This document shows, piece by piece, positions 47,684 to 56,797 of a stretch of DNA of 64,000 nucleotides. Position numbers and translations under genes: made by a program. Each line of letters starts with the position of its first letter. Position 1 is the stretch's first letter. The stretch is taken from the NCBI GenBank assembly GCA_964490785.1, contig CAZBDZ010000009.1:2812-66811 (forward strand), written 5' to 3'. Below the pieces are notes generated by a model. The model was not told the DNA's origin. It saw only the letters and a list, made by a program, of their open reading frames with translations, and made no database searches. Source of the stretch: an uncultured Phycisphaeraceae bacterium. GTDB taxonomy: Bacteria; Planctomycetota; Phycisphaerae; Phycisphaerales; UBA1924.

Positions 47684-48415
47684 ATGAAGTTCGTGGTCGG
47701 CCCGCGTCCGCCGTTGGCGGGCAACTACCGCGCCCTCGACGAGGCGCGGGACGCGCACGCGCTCTATTTCGCGACGATGATGGCGCAGGATCCGCGGCTG
47801 GCGGGGTGCGTGCTTGATGTCGGGTCCGGCGCCAAGAGCCCGTCGGCGAAGCGGTTCGATGTGCCCTACGCGAAGATTGGGATCATGGACGGAGTGGACC
47901 CCCGGGCCGAGATCCACCAGAACACGCGGCTGAGAAACCGCTGGCAGGCGATGCTCGAGGATGCGCCGATCCCCGCGGAGTCATACGACGCGGCCGTGTC
48001 GGTCTTTGTGCTGGAGCATGTGTCCGATGCCGCTTCATTCTTGAAGGCGGTGCATCGTGTTCTGAAGCCCGGCGGGGTCTTCTACGGCCTCACGCCGCAC
48101 GCTCACCATCCATTCCCGCTCGCCGTGCGGCTGATTCAGTGGCTCCGACTCAAGGGGCGGAGCGGAGTCGGGGATGCGCGGGTGAATGACTACCCGGCGT
48201 ACTACCGGTGCAACTCGTTCGGCGCGATCCGGCGCGCGGCGGAAGCGGCAGGCTTCGCCTCGGGCGTCCTTCACTATCACCCCGCGATCAACTGGGACCT
48301 GTATTTCCCCGCCGGCCTGCGGTTCCTTCCTCACCTCTACGATTACTGCGTGGGCGTTCGATTCAGGCCGTTCTGGCAGCAGATCTTCCTGAAGTTGGAG
48401 AAGGCGCCGGGCTAG
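47684..48415 (+). CDS. Class I SAM-dependent methyltransferase
   Basis: ATG is preceded by AAGGAGAG. VLDVGSG; VLKPGGVFYG. Confidence 0.75.
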   Translation: MKFVVGPRPPLAGNYRALDEARDAHALYFATMMAQDPRLAGCVLDVGSGAKSPSAKRFDVPYAKIGIMDGVDPRAEIHQNTRLRNRWQAMLEDAPIPAESYDAAVSVFVLEHVSDAASFLKAVHRVLKPGGVFYGLTPHAHHPFPLAVRLIQWLRLKGRSGVGDARVNDYPAYYRCNSFGAIRRAAEAAGFASGVLHYHPAINWDLYFPAGLRFLPHLYDYCVGVRFRPFWQQIFLKLEKAPG

Positions 48416-48524
48416 CGCGGTGTGTTCACAACTTTTGCGGGAATCATGGCGAGGCAGCCGCCGCTTCCTCGCTGACTCGTCAGTGGCGGCTCCTTCGGAG
48501 CGCGGACGACTGCCGGAAAGCGAA

Positions 48525-49901
48525 TCAGGTCCTGGGTTCTTCGCCGTAATCGGAGAAGTCGCCGGCGTCGGACCAGTCGGAGTCGTCGGCATCTTCCGGA
48601 GTCGCGGGTGCCTGGGGGGCATCGGCATGAGTGTTGTCCCGGGCGACGTGCTCGGTCCACGCCCCCAAGGCGGCGGCGATCAGGAGGAATGAGACGGGCG
48701 AACTGACGCGCGACAGCATGTACCCCTCGAACATGGCGCCCGCGATGTACATGCCGTTGAGCCCGACAGCGAGGTCCGCGAGGCGCTTGTCGGTGGGGTC
48801 CTTGAGGGCGAAGCGGGCGCGGAAGACGGTGTACGACTTGTAGATCGAGACGAGGAGGAGTATCCCGACGAGCACGCCCATGAAGATGCCGAAGCCGGCG
48901 AGGGCGATGAGGATGCTGTTCTCGGAATAGGTCGCCCGTTCGGCGATGGAGGCCTTACCGAAGAGCGGAAACTCGAGAAACTCCTGCCAAAGCCCCTGCC
49001 ACGCGCGAGACCGCGTGTCGTCGGTCGAGGTCAGTCGCTCGAGTTGCAGCGTTCCTGTCGATTTGAGGATGGACAGAGCGCCGGCAAGGACAAGTCCCGC
49101 GATGGGAAGCAACAGGATCGACCGCCCGAGGCGGGAATAGAAGACCGCCGTGAGTCCGATGATCGCCATCCCGACGCCGGTTCGCGACGCGGTCCAGAAC
49201 AGGAGGGCGAGGTTCATCGCCGAGACGGCGGCCCAGATCGGGCGGTAGCGCGCCTTGAGGTCGTTGACCATCAGGAACGCGGTGGTCGTGAGGAAGAAAG
49301 CGAGGAGCACGGCGGCGTGCTGGGGGTTCGACAGCATGCCGTTGAATCGCGTGTATCCGCCGCCGAGGGTCAGGACCTTCCGGCGGATGACGAACTGAAC
49401 AACACAGGCGGCGATCCAGAGGATCGAGACCACGCCGACCACGCGGAGGATCTTCATGGCGTCCTCTCGGTCGTGGATGATTGACGGAAGAATGATGACC
49501 GCGGGAACCAGCGTCAGGAACGCAAACGCCGCGGACTCGGCCGCCGAGGTCAACTCGCCGCCCGTGGCTCGGACAAAGGCGCCGTAGAACCCGATGGCGA
49601 CGAGGAGGATGCCCTGCATGCCGACTCGCGACATCCGAACCTGGGAAAGATGAAAGACGACCCCCGCGAGGAGCAGCGCTCCGCATGCGGCGTAGATCTC
49701 GGATCGCCGCGCTTGGATGGGGATGAGCCAGGTCTGGACAGGGCGGCCCAACCAGTCGGTGGGCGCGCCGAGCGCCGACGCCATGAGCATCGCGCCGAAG
49801 ACGAAGATCGCCGCCTTGAACCGGAAGACCACCAACGCCAGCCCGGCCAGGCCGACGACGACTGCACCAATGAGGGTTTGCGGGCTCAGCCCTTCAAGCA
49901 C
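48525..49901 (-). CDS. O-antigen ligase/polymerase (Wzy_C)-like membrane protein
   Basis: About 11 TM segments, WTASRTGVGMAIIG and an acidic C-terminal tail. Confidence 0.7.
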   Translation of the reverse strand: MLEGLSPQTLIGAVVVGLAGLALVVFRFKAAIFVFGAMLMASALGAPTDWLGRPVQTWLIPIQARRSEIYAACGALLLAGVVFHLSQVRMSRVGMQGILLVAIGFYGAFVRATGGELTSAAESAAFAFLTLVPAVIILPSIIHDREDAMKILRVVGVVSILWIAACVVQFVIRRKVLTLGGGYTRFNGMLSNPQHAAVLLAFFLTTTAFLMVNDLKARYRPIWAAVSAMNLALLFWTASRTGVGMAIIGLTAVFYSRLGRSILLLPIAGLVLAGALSILKSTGTLQLERLTSTDDTRSRAWQGLWQEFLEFPLFGKASIAERATYSENSILIALAGFGIFMGVLVGILLLVSIYKSYTVFRARFALKDPTDKRLADLAVGLNGMYIAGAMFEGYMLSRVSSPVSFLLIAAALGAWTEHVARDNTHADAPQAPATPEDADDSDWSDAGDFSDYGEEPRT

Positions 49902-49970
49902 GGTCTAATGCACTCCTGCACCTACAGGTCCGGGCGACGCGACTGCCTGCGCGCCACCGCCGGACTGAAT

Positions 49971-51059
49971 CTATCGGGCCAACGGCTCACTCGGTTCGCC
50001 GGATCGCGCGTTGTTTGGGGCTTGCTCGGGTCCGGAAGATGGTATTTCGATCTCGGCAACAAAGGGGCGGTGGTCGGACCTGAATCGCGGGCCGACGCGG
50101 ATCGAAAGGACTCGGAGCGGCTCCGAGGTCCACACCTTGTCGATCGGCAGCGAAAGCCAAGGGGGCATGATCGAAGGCCAGGTGCCGCCGGTCGCCAAGG
50201 GGGTCCACGCCGTCAGGCCGCTGTCGCGGGCGAACCGACGGTGGAGCCTGCCCGTGGGGGTCGAGTTGAAGTCGCCGGCGATGAGGATCGGGATTCGCGT
50301 TTGAGCGTGCCAATCGCGCAGGAGCCTCGCGGCCAGACCGGCGGACTCGAGGGAGCGTGCCCACGTCTCGCGCGATCGCGGCGATGGAGGGTGAATCGCT
50401 GAGAGGAGGAACTGCGAGCCGCCTTCGGGGGCGACAAGCATGCTGCGCCGGGCGGCGAAACTGAACTTCGTTTCCTCCGAGTATTCGGCGAGCGGGTGGA
50501 CCTCGGCGGGGAACCGGCTGAGGAGCATGATCGACCACATCAGGCCCTCGGTCGGCTCGATGAAGTAGGGGTAGTCGCGTTTGAGCCAGGGGTAGTCATC
50601 GAGCACGCCCCAGGGCGGCTCGATCAGGACGATGACGTCGGCCTTCTGGTCGCGGATCCATGTGAAGGCGTCGTTGTCGTGGCGCGAGAACTCCTCGCGG
50701 GCGTTGAACTCAACGATGCGGATGACGCGTCCCGTACCACCCCCGCCCCCCAGGGGGGCGCTTACGGAAGCGCGGGAGAGCAGCAGGGTTGAGGCGGCGG
50801 CGAGCAGGATGCTCACGGCAATCCGTCGTTGCCGGGTCGCCAGGAGAACAAGGCCGAGGAGGAGACAGGCGAAGCCTGCATGGGGCAGGAAGTGGGAGGC
50901 GAGGTCAAGCGCGTAAGGGCGGTTGGTCCAGAGGAGGAGGCCGACGAGGGACCAAGGCAGAATGCCGGCCCCGGTCATGAGCGCGCGCCCGGCGCGGTGC
51001 GGGCCGGCGGGGGCGGTCGCGGTGTTCGCGGTGTCGGCGGCTTCGTGTTTGATCGGCAC
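49971..51059 (-). CDS. Membrane-anchored endonuclease/exonuclease/phosphatase (EEP) family protein
   Basis: VIVLIEPPW, ILIAGDFNSTP, SDHRPFVAEI. Start is GTG 51059 or ATG 50978. Confidence 0.8.
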   Translation of the reverse strand: MPIKHEAADTANTATAPAGPHRAGRALMTGAGILPWSLVGLLLWTNRPYALDLASHFLPHAGFACLLLGLVLLATRQRRIAVSILLAAASTLLLSRASVSAPLGGGGGTGRVIRIVEFNAREEFSRHDNDAFTWIRDQKADVIVLIEPPWGVLDDYPWLKRDYPYFIEPTEGLMWSIMLLSRFPAEVHPLAEYSEETKFSFAARRSMLVAPEGGSQFLLSAIHPPSPRSRETWARSLESAGLAARLLRDWHAQTRIPILIAGDFNSTPTGRLHRRFARDSGLTAWTPLATGGTWPSIMPPWLSLPIDKVWTSEPLRVLSIRVGPRFRSDHRPFVAEIEIPSSGPEQAPNNARSGEPSEPLAR

Positions 51060-51076
51060 GCCCCTAGACTATCCGC

Positions 51077-52060
51077 ATGCGGCAGGTGTTCATTGTTGGC
51101 GCGTCGATCTGCGCGGCACTGGCCGTCGGGGCGATCCTGTGCGTCGCGGGTGATGTTCGTGGAGGGGGGGAGAAGCGTTCGAGTCGCCACTGGTGCGTCA
51201 CCGGCTCGCATTCCAAGGCCGTCGATCTCGCGGGAACCGGAATCGCGGATGATGCCGTGATTTTCTATGAGCAGGAGTTCGGCATCATCCCCCGGTATTG
51301 GAAGGGGAAGATGGAGCATGGCGGCGTGCCGCAGGAGGCGGACCTGAATGCGCACATCGCCAAGGTCCGGCGCGACGTGGTCCGTGAGATTCCCAACCCG
51401 AACTGGTCCGGCTGCGCGATCATTGATCTTGAAGCGTGGGGGCCGCTGTGGGAGCCCGCCGCGGAGGAATACAAGCGTCAGTCGATCACGCTGGCGGCGA
51501 GGAATCACCCGACCCGATCGCGGTACGAGGTCGAGCGCTTGGCGAAGGCGAACTACGAGAGCGCCGCCCGCCGATTGATCCTGGCGACGATTCGGGAGTG
51601 CAAATCGCTCCGCCCGCGGGCGAAATGGGGGTTCTATTCCTGGCCTTATCCCGAGTGGGGCGCGGAGACGGGTCGGCTGGCGTGGCTGTGGAACGAGGTT
51701 ACGGCGATGTACCCGGTGTGCTACGTCGTGTACAAGTCGGCGGAGGGCGGCCGGCACGAGGAGGGCTTCGCCCCGCCGGGGGAATACGAGGAACACTGCC
51801 GGAACCTTCTCGCGCTCCATCGGCGGCTGGCCGAGAGCAGGAAGCCGGTCTTGCCCATGGTCTGGGTGCGGTATCACGAGATCAACAAGGTGTTTGACGG
51901 GCAGTTTCTCGATCAGCGCGATCTCGAGCGGATGCTGCGCCTGCCCATCGAAGAAGGCGGCGACGGGCTTGTGTTCTGGGATCACATCGCCTCCGAGTCG
52001 ATGGCGCGCGAGTACGGCGTATACATGAGGGATCGAGTCGCGCCGCTGCTTCGGCAGTAA
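51077..52060 (+). CDS. Glycoside hydrolase family 56-like hyaluronidase homolog
   Basis: HGGVPQ, WSGCAIIDLEAWGPLW (DxE catalytic motif), YESAARRLILATIRECKSLRPRAKWGFYSWPY, VLPMVWVRY, GGDGLVFW. All are colinear with human HYAL1 and bee-venom hyaluronidase as recalled from memory. N-terminal TM/signal segment. Confidence 0.8.
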   Translation: MRQVFIVGASICAALAVGAILCVAGDVRGGGEKRSSRHWCVTGSHSKAVDLAGTGIADDAVIFYEQEFGIIPRYWKGKMEHGGVPQEADLNAHIAKVRRDVVREIPNPNWSGCAIIDLEAWGPLWEPAAEEYKRQSITLAARNHPTRSRYEVERLAKANYESAARRLILATIRECKSLRPRAKWGFYSWPYPEWGAETGRLAWLWNEVTAMYPVCYVVYKSAEGGRHEEGFAPPGEYEEHCRNLLALHRRLAESRKPVLPMVWVRYHEINKVFDGQFLDQRDLERMLRLPIEEGGDGLVFWDHIASESMAREYGVYMRDRVAPLLRQ

Positions 52061-52083
52061 GCGCGCGCGAAGCAGCCCGGCGG

Positions 52084-53073
52084 TCATCGGAGAGTCGCGC
52101 GCTGCATCCAGGCCCATTGGCGGGCGAGGCCGTCGTCAAATGACGTGGCAGGCCTGAAGCCGAGTTCGTGCTCGCTGCGGGCGAGGTCGGCGTAGGTGCG
52201 CTCAACATCGCCCGGGGGGATCGGTTTCCGTTCGATGACGGCCCGGCAATCGACGACGCGCTCGATGGCGGCGATCATGTCGTTGAGCGAAACGGGTCTG
52301 TGCCCGCCGAGGTTCCAGATGCGGTAGCCGTGCGCGGGAATCCGAGCATGGGCGGCGAGGACGCCCGCGACGATGTCGTCGATGAAGGTGTAGTCGCGGC
52401 TGGTGGCGCCGTCGCCGAAGACGGGGATAGGTTCGCCGCGGGCGATTCGGGCCATGAAGGTTGAGATGGCGAGGTCGGGGCGTTGGCGCGGGCCGAAGAC
52501 GGTGAAAAAGCGCAGCATCGCGACGCGCATGCCGTGGACGTGGTGGTAGGTGTGCCCGATGAGTTCGCAGGCTTTCTTGGTGGCGGCGTAGGGGCTGATG
52601 GGCTGGTCCACGGGATCGGTCTCGGCGAAGGGGACCTTGGAGTTATTGCCGTAGACGGAGGAGGAGGAGGCGCAGACGAATCGGTTGCAACCGGCACGTC
52701 GGGCGGCGTCGAGGAGGATGGTCGTGCCGCGGACGTTGACATCGGCGTAGAGAACGGGCTGGGCGATGCTGGGGCGGACGCCGGCCCGGGCGGCGAGGTG
52801 GATCACGCCGGCGAAGTGCTCGCGCTCGAAGAGGGCGTTCATCGCGTCGGCGTCGCGGATGTCTTCCTCGACGAGCGAGAACGAGGCGCGAGCCGATTCG
52901 GCGGCGCGCATGATCGAGGCGATGTTGGCGCGCTTCAGCGTCGGGTCGTAGAAAGGATCGAAGTTGTCAAGCCCGACGACGCGCGCGCCCTCGCGGAGCA
53001 GGGCCTCGGCGACGTGCGACCCGATGAATCCCGCCGCTCCCGTGACCAGGATGCACTCGCCGCTGTCGCTCAA
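52084..53073 (-). CDS. NAD-dependent sugar-nucleotide epimerase (UDP-glucuronate 4-epimerase-like)
   Basis: VTGAAGFIGSH, LDNFDPFYD, YAATKKACE. TTG start. Confidence 0.9.
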   Translation of the reverse strand: MSDSGECILVTGAAGFIGSHVAEALLREGARVVGLDNFDPFYDPTLKRANIASIMRAAESARASFSLVEEDIRDADAMNALFEREHFAGVIHLAARAGVRPSIAQPVLYADVNVRGTTILLDAARRAGCNRFVCASSSSVYGNNSKVPFAETDPVDQPISPYAATKKACELIGHTYHHVHGMRVAMLRFFTVFGPRQRPDLAISTFMARIARGEPIPVFGDGATSRDYTFIDDIVAGVLAAHARIPAHGYRIWNLGGHRPVSLNDMIAAIERVVDCRAVIERKPIPPGDVERTYADLARSEHELGFRPATSFDDGLARQWAWMQRATLR

Positions 53074-53352
53074 TGGGGCCGCTCCGCGTTGTTAAACAAG
53101 CAGGGCGCCATTATTTCAACGGCGCCCCGCTGGAGGAGAGAGAGATCACTTTGAATATACACTGAATCGACGATGCGCGTTCGGTCCCCTTGAAAGATTC
53201 GGGGCGCAAAGGCTGCGGGAAGCGGTCGCACAAGGCGTTTCGCCGATGCGAGTAACCTAAACAGGGCATGCCTGCGGAAAGGCACGACCGGGGCGCAATC
53301 CCGCCGGAGGTGGGGCGCGGATGGGCGGAAATCGGCTGAATATCGGTGCATT

Positions 53353-55149
53353 TCAGGTGAGGGGCACGCCGAACCACAAAGCCGAGGCCGATACGCAGAC
53401 GGCCCCGACGAGGAGCGTGAGCGGCCCACCGAAGCGGATGAAGTCGCTCCAGCGGTATCCGCCCGGGCCGGCGACCATGAGGTTGGTCTGGTAGCCCAAT
53501 GGGGTGATGAACTCGGCGGAGGCGGCAATTGTGAGGCAAACGATCAGGGCCATCGGCGGGAGCCCTGCGTCGCCCGCGATGCGGATGGCGACGGGAAACA
53601 TGAGCGCGGCGGCGGCGGTATTGCTCATCAGCATGGTGAACGCGAGCGTCAGGCCGTAGACCGCCGACATCACGCCGATCGGCCCGAGCGAGTCGCGCGA
53701 GGCGACGACCTGGGCGGCGAGAGTCTCGGCGAGGCCTGTCTTGTCCATCGCGCGGCCGAGTGCGACGGACGCGCCGATGACCAGGAGGACGGACCAGTCC
53801 ACCCCTCGTCGTGCCTGGGCGGCGGTGCAGCAGCGCCCCGCGAGCATCAGCCCCGCACCGACGAGCGCGCCCGTGAGGGGATCGACGATCTCGGTGCTGA
53901 GCAAGAGAACAACGCCCGCGAGAACGGCGAGAGCGAAGGTCGCCCGCTCGTGGCGGGGCGGCGCGGCGTCGTCCAGTTCGCTCACGAGATGAAAGGCGGT
54001 GGAGTCGCGGTGCCGACGCGCAAAGCCGGGGCCGGTTTCGAGGAGGAGCGTATCGCCCGGCTCGATCACGATGTCGCCGATCTTCCCCGCGAGGCGGTGC
54101 CCGTGGCGATGCACGGCGACAACGACCGCGCCGTAGCGCGTGCGGATGCCGGCGTCGCGGATCGTCTGGCCGATGAGCGGCGACATGGGGGAGACCACGG
54201 CCTCGGCGAGCGTCATCGTCGGACGATCCGCCCCGGGCTGGCCCTCGTCGGTCGCGGGGACGAGGCCCCGGATCTTCTGCAGGTCCACGACGGACTCCAG
54301 CACGCCGACGAAGACGAGGGCGTCGCCCGCCTGCAGGCGTTCCTCCGGACCGACGGCGGTGATGGTTTCGGACGCGCGGTCGATGCGGCTGAGGAAGAGG
54401 TTGGGAAGGTGGCGAAGCCCGGCGCCTTCGACGGTCTGCCCGACGAGCGGGGAGCCGGCTTCGACACGCATGGCGGTCATATAGCGGCGCGCATCGGGGC
54501 CGGCGTCGAAGGCTTCGGCGCGCTTGGGGAGCAGCGTGCGGCCGAGGAGGAGCATGTACGCCGCCCCCGCGACCGCGACGCAGAGGCCAACGGGAGTGAG
54601 AGTGAACATCTCCATTTCAGGGACGATCGTGCCGGGATTCTGGCGGTTGTGCTGCTGGATGATGGCGGCGACGGTGAGGTTGGTGCTGGTGCCGATGAGG
54701 GTGCAGACCCCGCCGAGGATCGCAGCGAAGGAGAGGGGCATGAACAGGAGCGACGCCGAGATGCGCGCCCGCTTCGCCACGCCGTGAAGCACGGGCAGGA
54801 ATGCGGCGACGAGCGTGGTGTTGTTCGTGAAGGCCGAGATGGGGGCGACGGACCCGATGAGCCGCGCCTGGGCGACGAGGGCGCTTCGCGGCCTTCCGAG
54901 GAGGCGGGCGCTGACGATCGACATCGCCCCCGTCTCCTTCAGGCCCACGGCGACGACATAGAGAAGGGCGATGGTCGCCACCCCCGGGTTGGCGAACCCC
55001 GCGACGGCGTCGGCGGGCGCGATCACGCCGCACACCAACAGCACCCCCACCGCACCGAGCAACGCGACATCCGCCGCCAGCCGCCCCGAGGCGAGGGCCC
55101 CGAGCATGACAAGCAGAGTTCCGGCGGTGAGCCAGGCGTGGAAGGACAT
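53353..55149 (-). CDS. SLC13/DASS-family permease with two central TrkA-C (RCK_C) domains
   Basis: 598 aa. TM blocks flank two RCK_C-like soluble repeats (VEAGSPLVGQTV... and VVSPMSPLIGQTI...). Confidence 0.85.
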   Translation of the reverse strand: MSFHAWLTAGTLLVMLGALASGRLAADVALLGAVGVLLVCGVIAPADAVAGFANPGVATIALLYVVAVGLKETGAMSIVSARLLGRPRSALVAQARLIGSVAPISAFTNNTTLVAAFLPVLHGVAKRARISASLLFMPLSFAAILGGVCTLIGTSTNLTVAAIIQQHNRQNPGTIVPEMEMFTLTPVGLCVAVAGAAYMLLLGRTLLPKRAEAFDAGPDARRYMTAMRVEAGSPLVGQTVEGAGLRHLPNLFLSRIDRASETITAVGPEERLQAGDALVFVGVLESVVDLQKIRGLVPATDEGQPGADRPTMTLAEAVVSPMSPLIGQTIRDAGIRTRYGAVVVAVHRHGHRLAGKIGDIVIEPGDTLLLETGPGFARRHRDSTAFHLVSELDDAAPPRHERATFALAVLAGVVLLLSTEIVDPLTGALVGAGLMLAGRCCTAAQARRGVDWSVLLVIGASVALGRAMDKTGLAETLAAQVVASRDSLGPIGVMSAVYGLTLAFTMLMSNTAAAALMFPVAIRIAGDAGLPPMALIVCLTIAASAEFITPLGYQTNLMVAGPGGYRWSDFIRFGGPLTLLVGAVCVSASALWFGVPLT

Positions 55150-55187
55150 GGGAGGATTATCGGCGAAAGCAACCGCTGCCGGCGCGA

Positions 55188-55895
55188 TCAGAATCGGGAC
55201 TCGTACTCGCGTGCAACTCGGGCAAGGGCCGCACCGTACTCCGCGCGAGTTTCTCGTTCATTCACCCACGCGAAACCGTGTGGAGGCGTGTTCGTCGCGG
55301 CGAACCTGGGCAACAGGAGTTCATCAAAGGCGGATGACGCCTCCTTGTCCAGGCGTCGCGCAGCCTCGTTCGCTTCTTGCGCGGGATGCCTATGTCGGCG
55401 CCCGTCCGTGGCGAACTTTCGCTTCCCCTCGAATGAGACGTAGGAGGCGGCGTGATTGATTCCTACAATCCCAATGCAGATCGGCTTCGTCGTCCTCGCA
55501 CGAAAATGCTCGGCTTGACGCTTGAGATCGCTGATCACTCTGTCGACCTGCTTGATCATCGCCTTGGCCAGCACCTTGACTTCCACGCCGATTTCAATGG
55601 TGGCAAGCCGCCCGCGGGGAACCAGGGAATCGGGGACCACAACCACGTCGATTCCCGGGACCGCCTCACCGAGGGTCCCGTCGCCGCGCCTCCGGCGGCG
55701 CCCGACGGTCACATTTGCGGCGTTGACCGCGACGATGCCGGCATTGACGCGGTCCGCGAATCGGCGGGATCGATCCAATGCGAGGATATCCCCGAAAAAG
55801 TGCGAGGCGACATAGTCGCCCAGTGTCGACCGCCGATGGTTGTATCGCCGTCCATCAAAGAGGGAACGGAAAGCATCGAGAAGTCGGTATTCCAC
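55188..55895 (-). CDS. Putative type II restriction endonuclease (PD-(D/E)xK-like)
   Basis: GTG start directly abuts the methyltransferase stop. Candidate motif VVPD...EIGVEVK. About 55% GC. Confidence 0.55.
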   Translation of the reverse strand: MEYRLLDAFRSLFDGRRYNHRRSTLGDYVASHFFGDILALDRSRRFADRVNAGIVAVNAANVTVGRRRRRGDGTLGEAVPGIDVVVVPDSLVPRGRLATIEIGVEVKVLAKAMIKQVDRVISDLKRQAEHFRARTTKPICIGIVGINHAASYVSFEGKRKFATDGRRHRHPAQEANEAARRLDKEASSAFDELLLPRFAATNTPPHGFAWVNERETRAEYGAALARVAREYESRF

Positions 55896-56780
55896 TCACG
55901 CGCTCCTCGCGACCGCGGCCGGCTTCGGGCTCCCGTGCGTCTCGAATTCGACACTGGCACGCAAAGACGTCTGGGCGAGCCGCTTGCGGATCAGGTCTAC
56001 ATATCTCGATTCAAGTTCAACAGCGATCGAGTGGCGACCGCTCTCGATTGCGGCGACGGTCGTGGTTCCGGTGCCGGCAAACGGGTCGAGGACGGTGTCG
56101 CCGGTGAAGCTGAACATCCGAACAAGACGCCGCGGGATTTCGATGGGATAGGGCGCGGGATGGTCCCGTCGCAGTTGCCCGGTCACGTCGCCCCAGATGG
56201 GGGTGAACCATCGAGCGTAATCGTCCGTGGAGATGCGGCTCAGTTTCTCCTGGGTCGGCGTGGGCGTTCGGTAGCCGCCCGGCTTGCGGAGAAACAGCAC
56301 ATGCTCGATATCGCTTTTCACAACACCATTCGGCAAGTTCGGTTTCCCGAGGAACCGGCGCGACGACGATGCCTCAAGCCGAATGTTCGAGACCTTCAGC
56401 CAGCGGATCGGAGTCAGGTTGTCGAATCCGATTCTCCGGCAGCGAACCTGAATATCCGCCGACAACGGCAGGACATGATGCCGGCCTGCCTGCTTTCGCG
56501 AGATACAGATATCGCCGACAACGCAAGCGACGCGCCCGCCGGGGACGAGAACCCGGAAGCATTCACCCCACACGCGATCCAACTCATCCAGGAACAACTC
56601 GTAAGACTGGATATTGCCGAGTTGTCGGGGACTGTCCGAATAGCGAACGAGGGCGCCATACGGCGGAGACGTCACAATCAAATGAATGCTCTCAGACGGG
56701 ATGAACGAGAGGTCGCGCGAGTCTCCTTGACGGATGAGGTGCTTGGTGAGCATTGTGTGGGGCTCCAAGACTGACCGCAT
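55896..56780 (-). CDS. Beta-class DNA methyltransferase, probably N4-cytosine
   Basis: Motif IV TSPPY precedes motif I DPFAGTGTT. Start is ATG 56780 or 56753. Confidence 0.9.
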   Translation of the reverse strand: MRSVLEPHTMLTKHLIRQGDSRDLSFIPSESIHLIVTSPPYGALVRYSDSPRQLGNIQSYELFLDELDRVWGECFRVLVPGGRVACVVGDICISRKQAGRHHVLPLSADIQVRCRRIGFDNLTPIRWLKVSNIRLEASSSRRFLGKPNLPNGVVKSDIEHVLFLRKPGGYRTPTPTQEKLSRISTDDYARWFTPIWGDVTGQLRRDHPAPYPIEIPRRLVRMFSFTGDTVLDPFAGTGTTTVAAIESGRHSIAVELESRYVDLIRKRLAQTSLRASVEFETHGSPKPAAVARSA

Positions 56781-56797
56781 CTTACACCATTCCGGTG

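Noticed and set aside
46247-47917. 556-aa minus-strand ORF
   Set aside because: It is antisense to rpsT, the CPBP protease gene and a methyltransferase gene, all of which have clear motifs. It is extremely Arg/Pro/His-rich.
50975-52117. 380-aa minus-strand ORF overlapping the GH56-like gene
   Set aside because: The plus-strand frame aligns block by block with GH56 hyaluronidases. The minus frame is Arg/Pro-rich with no motifs.
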